Assembly (NCBI GenBank): GCA_963741955.1
Contig: CAVUKB010000007.1
Span: 1,088,001-1,152,000, forward strand
Length of the DNA: 64,000 nucleotides
Direction: 5' to 3'
Source of the DNA: an uncultured Acidobacteriota bacterium
GTDB lineage: Bacteria > Acidobacteriota > Thermoanaerobaculia > Gp7-AA8
Shown: positions 39,665-49,602 of the stretch, piece after piece
How the letters are laid out: every line of letters begins with the position of its first letter
Position numbering within the stretch: the first letter of the stretch is position 1
Translations under genes and position numbers: made by a program
The notes under the pieces: model-generated
What the model was told of the DNA's origin: nothing
Databases searched by the model: none
Seen by the model: the letters and a program-made list of their open reading frames with translations, nothing else

Positions 39665-41164
39665 GTGAAAGTTCTGATTGCAAATCGTGGTGAGATCGCC
39701 GTCCGGGTGATCCGTGCCTGCCGGGAGCTCGGCTACCCGACCGTTGCGGTGTATTCGGAGGCCGATCGGGCCGCCCTCCACGTACTCTACGCAGACCAGT
39801 CGATCGAGATCGGCCCCGCTCCTTCAGCCGAGAGCTATCTCCGAATCGACCGGATCCTCGATGCCGCCCGGAAAAGCGGAGCCGAGGCGGTGCATCCGGG
39901 ATACGGATTTCTGTCGGAAAACGCGCAGTTCGCGCAGGCGTGCGCCGACGAGGGTCTGATATTCATCGGGCCCTCTCCCGCGTCGATTCGTGCCATGGGA
40001 TCGAAGACCGAGAGCCGGCAGCGGATGAAGGCTGCCGGCGTTCCGATCGTTCCCGGCCTCGAGACACCGGTCGGCTCGTTCGAAGAGCTCCGCACGGCAG
40101 CAGAGGAGATCGGATTTCCGCTGATGCTCAAGGCGAGTGCCGGCGGTGGCGGGAAGGGGATGCGGCTGGTCGAGCGGATGGAAGATCTGAAGGGGGCATT
40201 CGAGAGAGTGAGCAGCGAAGCGGCTTCCTTCTTCGGAGACGCCGCGGTCTACGCCGAGAAGTTCGTCGCGTCGCCCCGGCACATCGAAGTGCAGGTGGTC
40301 GGGGACCAGCACGGAAACCTCGTGCATCTCGGAGAGCGCGAATGCACGCTTCAGCGTCGGCACCAGAAGGTGGTCGAAGAGTCGCCTTCGCCGGTGGTCG
40401 ACGCCGAACTGCGGCAGCGACTGGGGGAGACCGCCGTGACGGCGGCCCGTGCGGTCGACTATTTCTCGACCGGAACCATCGAGATGCTGATGGATCCGGA
40501 CCACAACTTCTATTTTCTGGAGATGAACACCCGGCTCCAGGTCGAGCATCCGGTGACCGAAGCGGTGACCGGAATCGATCTGGTGAAGGCGCAGCTGCGC
40601 GTCGCACGCGGCGAGCCGCTCGGATTGCGGCAGGAAGAGATCTCGCCTCGGGGGCACGCGATCGAGTGCCGGATCTACGCCGAAGATCCGTTCCGCAATT
40701 TCGCCCCGTCACCGGGAGTGATCCGTTACATCAATCTCCCTGAAGGACCGGGGATCCGGAACGACAACGGCGTCTACAACGGGTACACGGTTCCGATCCA
40801 TTACGATCCGATGCTCTCGAAGCTGATCGCATGGGCGGAGAATCGTGAGGAGGCGATCGGACGGATGAAGCGGGCGCTCAAGGAGTACCGGGTGGACGGG
40901 ATCCGGACCGGAATCCCGTTCTTTTCCCTCCTGATGGAGGATGAAGCTTTCAAGCGCGGGGACTTCGACACCGGCTTCCTCGACCGCTTTCTCGAATCGA
41001 TCTCGCTGGAGCCCGAACCGGGCGACGTCAGAGTGGACGCGGCGATCGCTGCGGCCGCCATTTTCACCCTGGAGCAGAGTGAGAAGGTTTCGCTCCCGGA
41101 GGAACGGGAATCGCGCTGGAGAGCCGCGTCGCGACTGGAGTCGACCGGGAGGAGCCGCCGGTGA
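39665..41164 (+). CDS. accC: biotin carboxylase (acetyl/propionyl-CoA carboxylase)
   Basis: IANRGEIA, HPGYGFLSEN, GGGGKGMR, RHIEVQ, QRRHQK, EMNTRLQVEH, CRIYAED, YDPMLSK. Confidence 0.92.
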   Translation: MKVLIANRGEIAVRVIRACRELGYPTVAVYSEADRAALHVLYADQSIEIGPAPSAESYLRIDRILDAARKSGAEAVHPGYGFLSENAQFAQACADEGLIFIGPSPASIRAMGSKTESRQRMKAAGVPIVPGLETPVGSFEELRTAAEEIGFPLMLKASAGGGGKGMRLVERMEDLKGAFERVSSEAASFFGDAAVYAEKFVASPRHIEVQVVGDQHGNLVHLGERECTLQRRHQKVVEESPSPVVDAELRQRLGETAVTAARAVDYFSTGTIEMLMDPDHNFYFLEMNTRLQVEHPVTEAVTGIDLVKAQLRVARGEPLGLRQEEISPRGHAIECRIYAEDPFRNFAPSPGVIRYINLPEGPGIRNDNGVYNGYTVPIHYDPMLSKLIAWAENREEAIGRMKRALKEYRVDGIRTGIPFFSLLMEDEAFKRGDFDTGFLDRFLESISLEPEPGDVRVDAAIAAAAIFTLEQSEKVSLPEERESRWRAASRLESTGRSRR

Positions 41165-41661
41165 AGCTGATCGCGCGTCACGACGACGAGGCCATTCCGG
41201 TCGAGATCCAGCGGCATGGAACCGGATACCGGATCCTGCTGAGGGACGAGTGGATCACCGCGGAGCTGGTGGTGGCGAACCGCTTCGTCCGGATGCTCCG
41301 GCTCGAGGATGGGCGTCAGTTTCTCCTGGTGCACCATCAGGAGCGGGGCCGCCATGAGATCTCGGTCGGGGACCGCACCGTCCACCTGGAGGTCGTCGAT
41401 CCGCTGACCATGCGGAGAAAGGGCTCCACCGCCGCGGATGCCGGGGCGGGTACGGTGCGCGCTCTGATGCCTGGACGCGTGGTGAAGGTCCTGGTGGCCG
41501 AAGGAGACGACGTATCCAAGGGCGATCCGCTCATGGTGCTCGAAGCGATGAAGATGGAGAACCAGATCGCTGCGCCGCGGGATGGGAAGGTCGGAGCTCT
41601 CCACGTAGTGGAAGGGCAGACGGTCGAGGGTGGGGCGGAGCTCATTACGATCGAATCGTGA
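41161..41661 (+). CDS. biotin carboxyl carrier protein
   Basis: MPGRVVKVLV..LEAMKMEN biotinylation motif. GTGA overlap. Confidence 0.92.
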   Translation: MKLIARHDDEAIPVEIQRHGTGYRILLRDEWITAELVVANRFVRMLRLEDGRQFLLVHHQERGRHEISVGDRTVHLEVVDPLTMRRKGSTAADAGAGTVRALMPGRVVKVLVAEGDDVSKGDPLMVLEAMKMENQIAAPRDGKVGALHVVEGQTVEGGAELITIES

Positions 41662-41703
41662 AGCGGGCATCATCGGTATAATCAATCGAGGAAACTCCCG
41701 ATC

Positions 41704-43767
41704 ATGACCGAAACCGATGCAGACGGGCTCACGAACGGCGAGTCCGGAAAATCCCAGGATCCCTCGAAGAGGATCGGCGCCATTCTGCTCGCCGAACTGC
41801 CGGGATACGATCAGATGCTCGCGGTCGATCCTGTCGCCGCGCCAATGCTGGCCAACCTGATGCAGCAGATGATCGGGGAGATCGTCTATCTCTTCGACGG
41901 CCACGTGATCGACCCATTCGGACCGAGACTCCTCGCCGAGCTCCCGACCGCCGCCGCGGCGGTGAAGGCGGCGATGAAAGTCCGCAGCGATCTGTTGGAT
42001 CACAATCTGAAACATCTCGCGGACGGAAATGTGATCGAGCCGCGGCTGGTCGTCCATTACGGAGAAGTGCTGCAGTCGGGGCTGAACCTGAAAGGACGAG
42101 CCGTGGCGACGGCACTGCTGGCGCTGGAGCAGGCATCTCCGCTTCAGCTGCTGGTCTCCGAGGGCGCGCTCAGCGAGGCCGGGACCACCGCGGAGCTCCA
42201 GCCGGTCGGAACATTCGACGGAGTGGTTTTCCGCGAAAAGTGGAGGCCTGACCCCTCGGATCGTCCGAAGCCCGAGCCCGAGGAAGCAGTGGACGAAAGG
42301 GTGGAACTGGTCGAGGCCCCGATTCGCAGGACGGGTACGGTCATCGGAATCGCGTCGGTTGCGCTCGTGGTGATCGCTCTGGTGGTCGGATTTCTCGTCC
42401 AACAGAGGATGCAGCACCGGCGCGAGCTGGCGGCCGCAGAGGCAGCGGCAGCACGCGCGCGCGCGGAAGGTACACAGCAACGCGCCGCTCTCCCTCTCGT
42501 ATTCGTGCAGCCGGCGACGGTTCCGGATGGAGAAAACTTCGCCTCGCGCGAGCTCGCGCTGTCTCGGGCCGCCCTCCAGCGCATCCTGATCACGGACTCG
42601 CAGCTGAAGCTCGGAACCGTCGCGGATGGAGCCTCCCTGGTGGTCGGCAGCGAAGTACGGTTGGCTGCAGACGGAAAGCCGGAAGTGGTTCCGTTCGTCG
42701 TGACGAACGGCGCGCGCCACGAGGGAACGCCGGTGGCCTCCGCGAAGAGCGACCAGATCCTGGCGGCCATGCTTTCGACGATCTCGAAGTACTCCACGCT
42801 CGCAGCGGGCGTACCGGCCGCCGATGAAGGTGTTCTGAGCAGATATCTCACGTTGGTCGCCGCGCTTCAGTCGGACGACCCGCACGGAGCCGCCGCTGCG
42901 ACGGCCGCGAAGAGCGCAACGAAGGACGAATCGTTTCTTCCCTCGCAACTCGCTGCATTCGATTTCTTCGCCGAGGAGGGGAAAGTCGATGACGCGCTGG
43001 ACGCGGGACGGAACGCGCTCCGGATCCAGCCCGAGAACCGCGGAATGATCCGGCGGGTTGCCGCTCTCGCGGCGGAGTCGGGGCACGACGTCGAATCGCT
43101 GCAACGATGGGAACAGCTCCTGCGCCTCGATCCCCACGATCCGGAGGCGCTCCGGGCAGCCGGTCTCTACGCCCTCTCCGCAGGGGACTCGGTGGCTTTC
43201 GAGAAGATCCGGTCGAGGTTGAAGGTCGGAACGGAGCGCGAGCCGTTTCACGAACCCGACATGCAGGTCGTCTTCGGACGGATCGACCAGGCCGCGAATC
43301 CTTATTTCGACGCCGAGGTCGGGCAACCGAAAAATGCTGCTCTCGCCCTCAAGATCGGGAGAGTCGCGGTGCTCCGACGCTCGACGCCGATCGCCGAGCT
43401 GGAACTGAAAAAGCTGCAGACGCTCGATCCCGACTACGGCTACCACATCCTGAATGCGTTCATGGCGGCGGAGAGAGGAAACGCCGCCGTGGCCGACGCA
43501 GAGCTCGAGGCCGCACGGCCGAATGCGAAGTGGGGCGACGCGTTCTACACCGCGAGTGCGGAGGTTTACACCCTTCTGAACCGGCCGGAGAAGACCATCG
43601 AAACGCTCGAGACGGCGGTCCGTTCGGGCGAGCCGACGTATACCTACATCATCAATCACCCGTTGTTCAGATTTCTGAAGACGGAACAACGCTTTCAAAA
43701 GCTGATCTCGGAGTTGCGCGAACGAGCCGCAGCACTGCAGTCCGCGCTCGCGCCGCTCAGGTCGTGA
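41704..43767 (+). CDS. degenerate class III cyclase-like domain + TM + TPR protein
   Basis: N-terminus follows the cyclase-homology pattern without the catalytic residues. One TM (GTVIGIASVALVVIALVVGFLV) and TPR-like helical repeats. Confidence 0.65.
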   Translation: MTETDADGLTNGESGKSQDPSKRIGAILLAELPGYDQMLAVDPVAAPMLANLMQQMIGEIVYLFDGHVIDPFGPRLLAELPTAAAAVKAAMKVRSDLLDHNLKHLADGNVIEPRLVVHYGEVLQSGLNLKGRAVATALLALEQASPLQLLVSEGALSEAGTTAELQPVGTFDGVVFREKWRPDPSDRPKPEPEEAVDERVELVEAPIRRTGTVIGIASVALVVIALVVGFLVQQRMQHRRELAAAEAAAARARAEGTQQRAALPLVFVQPATVPDGENFASRELALSRAALQRILITDSQLKLGTVADGASLVVGSEVRLAADGKPEVVPFVVTNGARHEGTPVASAKSDQILAAMLSTISKYSTLAAGVPAADEGVLSRYLTLVAALQSDDPHGAAAATAAKSATKDESFLPSQLAAFDFFAEEGKVDDALDAGRNALRIQPENRGMIRRVAALAAESGHDVESLQRWEQLLRLDPHDPEALRAAGLYALSAGDSVAFEKIRSRLKVGTEREPFHEPDMQVVFGRIDQAANPYFDAEVGQPKNAALALKIGRVAVLRRSTPIAELELKKLQTLDPDYGYHILNAFMAAERGNAAVADAELEAARPNAKWGDAFYTASAEVYTLLNRPEKTIETLETAVRSGEPTYTYIINHPLFRFLKTEQRFQKLISELRERAAALQSALAPLRS

Positions 43768-43773
43768 GGAAGG

Positions 43774-44178
43774 ATGATCGTCACTGCACGTCTCACATTC
43801 TCCGCCGCGCATCGGCTCCACAACGATTCGTTCGACGCGGAGTGGAACCGACGGATTTACGACAAGTGTGACAATCCGGCCGGGCATGGGCACAATTACG
43901 CGATCGAAGTGAGTGTCGAAGGCTCGATCGACCCGGAAACGGGAATGGTGATCGACCTGAAGAAGCTGAAGTCGATCGTCCGCCGGGTGGTGATCGATCG
44001 GGTGGACCACAAGAACCTGAACGAAGACGTCGAGTTTCTCCGTGGTGTGATCCCGACCGCCGAGAATCTGGCGAAGGCCTTCTGGGAAGAGCTGGCTCCG
44101 GCGATCGACCAGGGATCTCTCGCCCAGATCGTCCTTCAGGAAACGGAGAACAACTCGGTCGTCTATCGCGGCGACTGA
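43774..44178 (+). CDS. queD: 6-carboxytetrahydropterin synthase (PTPS/QueD family)
   Basis: FSAAHRL, CDNPAGHGHNY, GMVIDL, DHKNLN, PTAEN, ETENN. Confidence 0.88.
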   Translation: MIVTARLTFSAAHRLHNDSFDAEWNRRIYDKCDNPAGHGHNYAIEVSVEGSIDPETGMVIDLKKLKSIVRRVVIDRVDHKNLNEDVEFLRGVIPTAENLAKAFWEELAPAIDQGSLAQIVLQETENNSVVYRGD

Positions 44179-44188
44179 TCGGAGCCGG

Positions 44189-44629
44189 TCAGCTCTCGTA
44201 CTCGGGTTTGTAGGTGACCAGTTCCCGCAGGAAGCTGACGGTGGCTCCCCGCTGCTGGTTCTCGACCTGAAGGAGATCGCGGAGCGAGACGATGCCGACC
44301 AGAGCTCCCCGGTCCACCACCGGAAGATGCCGGCACCCGAGCCCCATCATCCGTTCCAGACATTCGTCCACCGTTTCGAGAGGAGAGGCGACCGCGATCT
44401 CGCGGGTCATGACGGCTGAAATCTCGAGAGTATCGAGATCGAGATTCCGGGCGACCGCACGAGTCATCAGATCCCGCTCCGTGAAAATGCCGACCAGCTT
44501 CCCGTCGTCGATCACCGGTACGGCGCCGATCCGCTGTGCGGCCATCCGCTTCGCCACGTTGCGGACCTTTTCTCTCGGTCCCACGAAAATCAGTGGTTTC
44601 CCGTCGACGATGTCCTGAATCTTCTTCAT
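44189..44629 (-). CDS. CBS domain pair protein
   Basis: IGAVPVID..LVGIFTERD..VMT..RHLPVVD..VGIVSLRDL. Confidence 0.9.
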   Translation of the reverse strand: MKKIQDIVDGKPLIFVGPREKVRNVAKRMAAQRIGAVPVIDDGKLVGIFTERDLMTRAVARNLDLDTLEISAVMTREIAVASPLETVDECLERMMGLGCRHLPVVDRGALVGIVSLRDLLQVENQQRGATVSFLRELVTYKPEYES

Positions 44630-44667
44630 GGTGGAGCTCCGGGTATGTGAATTGGTGCAGCCGCGCC

Positions 44668-45189
44668 TCAATCGTACTCGATCAGCGAGTGGATGGAGAC
44701 ATCGGAAAGCCGGTCGCGCCCATGAAGGAACGAGAGCTCGATCACGAACGCGACGGCCGTCACTTCGGACCCGAAGCTCCGGATCAGGGACGTCGCTGCC
44801 GCGGCAGTGCCTCCGGTGGCCAGAACGTCGTCGACGAGGAGCACGTGATCGCCCGCGACCAGTGCATCTTCGTGCATCTCCAGAACGTCGCTTCCGTACT
44901 CGAGCTCGTACTCGTGGCGGACCGTCTGGTACGGCAGTTTCCCCGGTTTCCGGATCGGTACGAATCCGCACTGGAGCGCGCGTGCGAGCGGAGCCCCGAA
45001 GATGAAGCCGCGCGATTCGATGGCCACGACTTTGGTGACGCCCTTCCTCAGATAAGGGGCGGCGAGGCGGTCGAGCGTTTCGCGAAACGCCTCGGCGGAG
45101 GAGAGCAACGGAGTGATGTCCTTGAATCCGATTCCCGGTTTCGGGAAATCCGGGATGTCACGGATGTAGTCTCTGAGCTCGAGTGCCAT
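44668..45189 (-). CDS. apt: adenine phosphoribosyltransferase
   Basis: IPDFPKPGIGFKDITPLL, ESRGF, RKPGKLP, YELEYG, VDDVLATGGT. Confidence 0.96.
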   Translation of the reverse strand: MALELRDYIRDIPDFPKPGIGFKDITPLLSSAEAFRETLDRLAAPYLRKGVTKVVAIESRGFIFGAPLARALQCGFVPIRKPGKLPYQTVRHEYELEYGSDVLEMHEDALVAGDHVLLVDDVLATGGTAAAATSLIRSFGSEVTAVAFVIELSFLHGRDRLSDVSIHSLIEYD

Positions 45190-45194
45190 GGCAT

Positions 45195-45470
45195 TCAGAA
45201 CCGGACGTCGAAATCCCGAAGCTTTCCGGTGAAATCCTTCCGTTCCTGTTCGATGCTGCTGACTTCGGCGAACCGCGGTCCTTCGCGAAGCTCGTCCACG
45301 AGCTCGTCGATCTTCTCCGGTTCTCCTTCGACCTGGCACTCCACGCTTCCGTCGCGGAGGTTCTGAATCCAGCCGGTGAGACCAAGCTTCCGCGCGACAC
45401 GCGTCGCGTAAAAGCGGAAGCCGACTCCTTGAACCTTTCCCTGAATGCGGAGAATACGCAATTCCTTCAT
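45195..45470 (-). CDS. acyP: acylphosphatase
   Basis: GKVQGVGFR, GWIQNLRDGSVE, GPRFAEV. Confidence 0.93.
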   Translation of the reverse strand: MKELRILRIQGKVQGVGFRFYATRVARKLGLTGWIQNLRDGSVECQVEGEPEKIDELVDELREGPRFAEVSSIEQERKDFTGKLRDFDVRF

Positions 45471-45549
45471 CTTCACACCCCGGCACACCACTGCTGCCGT
45501 TCCGCGCCAATCATACCTGCGGCGGACGGCGGAGGCCACCGGCATCGAG

Positions 45550-46026
45550 TCATCGATGCCGCCGGCTGGTCGTGCTCTTCTTTTTCGTCGACGGCTTCGG
45601 AGCGGGCTTCTGCAGCGCGTCGATCGCTTTCTGCATCGTTTCGAGCGTCTGCATCTCCTCCTTCCGGCTCTGCTCCAGCGTCTGGAGGCGTTTCGCGATC
45701 TCGGTCTGATTCTTCGCCAGCTGATCCAGGAGATGCTGCTGCCGGAGCAACTGCTGCGGGATCGTCTCCGGGCTTTCCAGCTCCATTCCGAACAGCGCGT
45801 AGATCGCTGCACTCGCAGCATCGGTACGCGGGTGCTCCTTGACGATCCGGAGGAGAATCCGTCGCGCATCGAGGCGCTTTCCTTTGTTCAGGTCGGCCCG
45901 CGCCTCACGCAGCAGGGCGTCGGCCTTGATGTCGTTCGGAGCGGTCAGCACGAGATAGGTCGCACCGGCGCCCGCTGCGACCGCCACGAGAAAGCCGATG
46001 ATCAGGAGAATTCGACGCAGTTTCAT
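45550..46026 (-). CDS. membrane-anchored TPR/coiled-coil protein
   Basis: N-terminal TM, one TPR-like repeat (DARRILLRIVKEHPRT), Gln-rich coil and basic tail. ATGA overlap with pcm. Confidence 0.65.
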   Translation of the reverse strand: MKLRRILLIIGFLVAVAAGAGATYLVLTAPNDIKADALLREARADLNKGKRLDARRILLRIVKEHPRTDAASAAIYALFGMELESPETIPQQLLRQQHLLDQLAKNQTEIAKRLQTLEQSRKEEMQTLETMQKAIDALQKPAPKPSTKKKSTTSRRHR

Positions 46027-46706
46027 TTCTCTTTCCAGCCGAATCGCCCCAGAAGAGGAACGAACTCGGCTGGCCCGCAATCCTCGATCTGCAACCTGGT
46101 GGCCACTTTCGAGACGCGGGCGAGTCGCTGCTTTCCGGCCGGGCCGACCGGGAGGACGAGCTTTCCGCCGCGGGCGAGCTGCTGGACGAGAGGTTCGGGG
46201 ACTTCCGGCGCGGCGGCGGCGACGATGATTCGATCGAACGGCGCCTGATCCGACCATCCGTATGAACCGTCGAAGACCTTCACACTGATGTTGTGGATCC
46301 TCAGCTTTCGGATGATCGCCACCGCCTGAAGGGCCAGATCGTTGATTCTTTCGATCGAGTAGACGCGGGCGCAGACCTTCGAGAGGACCACTGCCTGGTA
46401 CCCCGTCCCGGTCCCCACTTCCAGGACCTTCTCCGTTCCGTCCAGATCGAGCAGCTCGATCATCCGGGCGACGATCCAGGGTTGAGAAATGGTCTGGTCG
46501 TGACCGATGGGGAGAGCCGAAGGGCCGTACGCCTTCGCCGCGACGAGGGGAGGAACGAAAACGTGTCGCGGAACCTCCCGCATCGCCTGGAGGATGCGGG
46601 GGTCGACGATACCGCGGCCGGCGACATGGCGCTCGACCATCAGCTCGCGCAGGTGTGCGAGCTCGGAAGATTCGAATGCTGGGGCGTCAGTCTCGGGTCG
46701 GGACAT
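46023..46706 (-). CDS. pcm: protein-L-isoaspartate O-methyltransferase
   Basis: VPRHVF, LPIGHDQTISQP, VLEVGTGTGYQA, APFDRIIVAA, FVPL. Confidence 0.95.
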   Translation of the reverse strand: MSRPETDAPAFESSELAHLRELMVERHVAGRGIVDPRILQAMREVPRHVFVPPLVAAKAYGPSALPIGHDQTISQPWIVARMIELLDLDGTEKVLEVGTGTGYQAVVLSKVCARVYSIERINDLALQAVAIIRKLRIHNISVKVFDGSYGWSDQAPFDRIIVAAAAPEVPEPLVQQLARGGKLVLPVGPAGKQRLARVSKVATRLQIEDCGPAEFVPLLGRFGWKEK

Positions 46707-47454
46707 GGGCCAGTGAGCTCTCCAGGAAACGTAGTCTTTCGACGGACGGATGGTGAGTGAGGTCGAGATGGAGCGGGGTGATCGAGACGTAGCCTTCGTC
46801 GACGGCGCCGAAGTCCGTCCCTTCGCCAGCGCTCCAGACCGGTGGCTCCCCCCCGATCCAGTAGTATTTCTTCCCTCGCGGATCGAGCCTTTCGATCACT
46901 CCTTCGGCGTACGTTCTCTTCCCCAGATGAGTGATTCTCACCCCCTTGAAGTCGCTGACCGGAAAATTCACGTTCAGGACGATGCGGGGATCGAGTGGCG
47001 ATCCGAGAAGCGTCGATGCCAACCGCGCCGCGAATTCCGCGCAGCGCTCGAACGAAAAGTTCTCCCCGACCAGCGCGGAGAAGGCAATCGACGGGATCTC
47101 GAGGAGAGAACCTTCGAACGCTGCGGAGATCGTCCCGGAGTAGGTCACGTCATCTCCGAGGTTCGGTCCGAAGTTGATTCCGGAGACGACCAGATCGGGA
47201 CGATGATCCCGGAGGAGGTGGAGCACGGCGAGATTGACGCAGTCCGTGGGTGTGCCGTCGACGATCCACTCCCGCTCCTGGATCTGGAGAAGACGGAGCG
47301 GCCGGTTGAGAGTGAGCGCGTGGGAAGCGGCGCTCTGTTCCCGGTCCGGAGCGACGATCAGGACCTCTCCGACCGCTGCCAGTGAAGATGCGAGCTGGCG
47401 CAGCCCCTGGCTGTAGATCCCGTCGTCGTTCGTCACCAGGATTCGTGGTGACAT
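46687..47454 (-). CDS. surE: 5'/3'-nucleotidase SurE
   Basis: ILVTNDDG, VAPDREQS, GTPTDCV, SGINFGPNLG, YSGT, VSITPL. Confidence 0.95.
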   Translation of the reverse strand: MSPRILVTNDDGIYSQGLRQLASSLAAVGEVLIVAPDREQSAASHALTLNRPLRLLQIQEREWIVDGTPTDCVNLAVLHLLRDHRPDLVVSGINFGPNLGDDVTYSGTISAAFEGSLLEIPSIAFSALVGENFSFERCAEFAARLASTLLGSPLDPRIVLNVNFPVSDFKGVRITHLGKRTYAEGVIERLDPRGKKYYWIGGEPPVWSAGEGTDFGAVDEGYVSITPLHLDLTHHPSVERLRFLESSLAHVPTRD

Positions 47455-47600
47455 GCGTGCTGCCTCCCTTCCTCGTAGCCCGGAATTCTCCGGGCTGGCC
47501 CGGCCATCCTCCGCATGATTCCAGATCGGCGGTGATCTGCCAAGGAGAGAGACGAGACGAACGGACGAGAGGGCCGCTGCGCCGGACACGGCTGGCGCGA

Positions 47601-47741
47601 TCAGCGAACGGTCGACTGTGCGGGAGGAGCGGTTCGAGGCTGCATCCTCTGGAGTTTCGTCTGAAGGTTCATCATCAGAAAGAAGAACAGCAGGACGATC
47701 AGCACGGCGAGGAGACGGAAGATCCAGATGGTGCGGTTCAT
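47601..47741 (-). CDS. small single-TM protein (46 aa)
   Basis: MNRTIWIFRLLAVLIVLLFFFLMMNLQTKLQRMQ... Its ATG overlaps the pdxA stop (ATGA). Confidence 0.6.
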   Translation of the reverse strand: MNRTIWIFRLLAVLIVLLFFFLMMNLQTKLQRMQPRTAPPAQSTVR

Positions 47742-48721
47742 CGTGCGAACCATTCCGCGTGATTCGCGGTCCATTCGATGGCGTACCGCATCGGTGCGGG
47801 GTCGGCAACCCCTCTGCCGGCGATGTCGAACGCCGTGCCGTGATCGACCGAGGCTCGAAGGTAGGGGAGGCCGAACGTGACGTTGACCGAGCGCGCGAAG
47901 TCGAGTGTCTTGATCGGGATCAATCCCTGATCGTGATACATCGCCATGACCACATCGTACCTTCCCTCGCGCGCGGAGAGGAAGACCGTATCGGGCGCGA
48001 ATGGTCCCGCCACGTCGATCCCCTCTTCCCGCGCGGACGAGAGTCCCCGCGCGATCTCTTCTTCTTCGCGACCGAACCGTCCTCCCTCGCCGGCGTGAGG
48101 ATTGAGTCCGGCTACGGCGATGCGAGGCACGCGTCCGTGAAGGCGGCGCCATTCCCGTGAGGTCAGCTTTGCGAGCGCATCGACGCGGTGCGCGGTCACG
48201 AGCTGGATTGCTTCGGACAGCGCCAGGTGCACCGAGACGAGAACCACGCTCAGGGAGGGCGACTCGAAGTACATCGCGAACTCCTCTCCGTACAGATGCA
48301 GACCGGAGCGGGAAGCGAGGAGCTCGGTGTGTCCGGGGAATGGCGAACCTGCTGCGGCGATCGCCTGTTTGTGGATCGGCGCAGTCACCAGAGCGCTGCA
48401 TTCGCCGGCGAGCACCGCATCGACCGCAGCGTTGATGGAGCGGAGAGCGACGCTCCCCGCCGCGGCGTCGATCCGCCCGAACGACAGCTCTCCCGGAGTG
48501 CCGTCGCCGACGTCAGTGAATCGCGCGCGGTCCGGTGAGGCCGACCCGCGATTCTCGAATCGCTCGAACGGAAGAGCGAGCTTCTCGGCGGTCCTGCGCG
48601 TCAGCGAATAGTCGCCGAAAAGCCGGAGCGGAAGCCCGGCCGGGAGCGACGCGGCCGCGGAGAGGACCACCTCCGGGCCGATGCCGAATGGATCTCCCAG
48701 CGAGACGGCGACCGGCTTCAT
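47738..48721 (-). CDS. pdxA: 4-hydroxythreonine-4-phosphate dehydrogenase
   Basis: GDPFGIGPE, TAPIHK, FPGHTE, GLNPHAGE, MYHDQGLIP, SVDHGTAFDIAG. Confidence 0.94.
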   Translation of the reverse strand: MKPVAVSLGDPFGIGPEVVLSAAASLPAGLPLRLFGDYSLTRRTAEKLALPFERFENRGSASPDRARFTDVGDGTPGELSFGRIDAAAGSVALRSINAAVDAVLAGECSALVTAPIHKQAIAAAGSPFPGHTELLASRSGLHLYGEEFAMYFESPSLSVVLVSVHLALSEAIQLVTAHRVDALAKLTSREWRRLHGRVPRIAVAGLNPHAGEGGRFGREEEEIARGLSSAREEGIDVAGPFAPDTVFLSAREGRYDVVMAMYHDQGLIPIKTLDFARSVNVTFGLPYLRASVDHGTAFDIAGRGVADPAPMRYAIEWTANHAEWFAR

Positions 48722-48795
48722 GCGGAGAATTAAACCACGAGCCGGCCGGGCGTGGGGGACGTCTCGGCGGGATCGATGGTACACGCGTCATGGAA

Positions 48796-48841
48796 GCGCG
48801 GATTCGTAATCCGCCGCGCGGATCACGGCGCATGCGCGACC
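48796..48841 (-). repeat. repeat family C, inverted partial copy
   Basis: The reverse complement GGTCGCGCATGCGCCGTGATCCGCGCGGCGGATTACGAATCCGCGC matches ~22855-22901. Confidence 0.6.
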
Positions 48842-49019
48842 GCAGCCTCACCCGATCCGCGGCAGAAGCGAAGGCGTGCCGCCAGAATCATGGACGCTTC
48901 GCGCAAGCCCACAACGTCCGTCTTCATCGCGTAAAACACGATTCTCGCGGCGGACTGCGAGTCCGCACTCCTCGGCGGGATCGCCCGCGAGGCGAATTCG
49001 CACTTCTCGGCGCAGGCTC

Positions 49020-49352
49020 CTACTCCCCGTCCTTGTACATGTATTTCACGTAGCGCTTCTGGATCAGCAGGTTCGGGGCGCCGTTGCGGTTCACTTTCAG
49101 CGAGTCGCGGTCGTACCACTCGATCCAGCCGCGAATCTCTTCTCCGTCATCCATCACGATGACCATCCGCGTCCGCGCATTCATCTGCTTCAGATAGTAG
49201 AAGCTCTCTGCGAAAGTCTGCTCGGGAGGTGGCTGCTTACTGCTGCGGGTTCGCTTCTGGGGTCCCGTGCGGGCCGACAGCCGTGTGCGGTCGAACCGAC
49301 GATCGAGCGACGGACGTCCCGGTGTGCGCGTATCGCGCTCGGTCGATGACAT
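49020..49352 (-). CDS. hfq: Hfq/Sm-like RNA chaperone with an Arg-rich N-terminal extension
   Basis: Sm1-like [19 protein letters not shown] and Sm2-like [21 protein letters not shown]. Confidence 0.72.
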   Translation of the reverse strand: MSSTERDTRTPGRPSLDRRFDRTRLSARTGPQKRTRSSKQPPPEQTFAESFYYLKQMNARTRMVIVMDDGEEIRGWIEWYDRDSLKVNRNGAPNLLIQKRYVKYMYKDGE

Positions 49353-49602
49353 TCCGCTTCCTCCTTCGAGATCGGACGGACATGCCGCCCGCTCCGGCAG
49401 TCCGCGTCGCTCTCGAGCACGCCGCTGTCGTGCGGCGGTCGCCCCTCGACTGCGAATCGGACTGCAAAGTTTGCCATGACGTTTGCGAAGGTCGTGCCGC
49501 AGACAACCCGAAAGGCTTTTTCGTCGTTCCTTGCGACCGGGGGGCGTTTTCCCTAGAATTCCGCAGTCTCTCGTCATCTCATCTCTCTTTCGGAGGCTCA
49601 CC

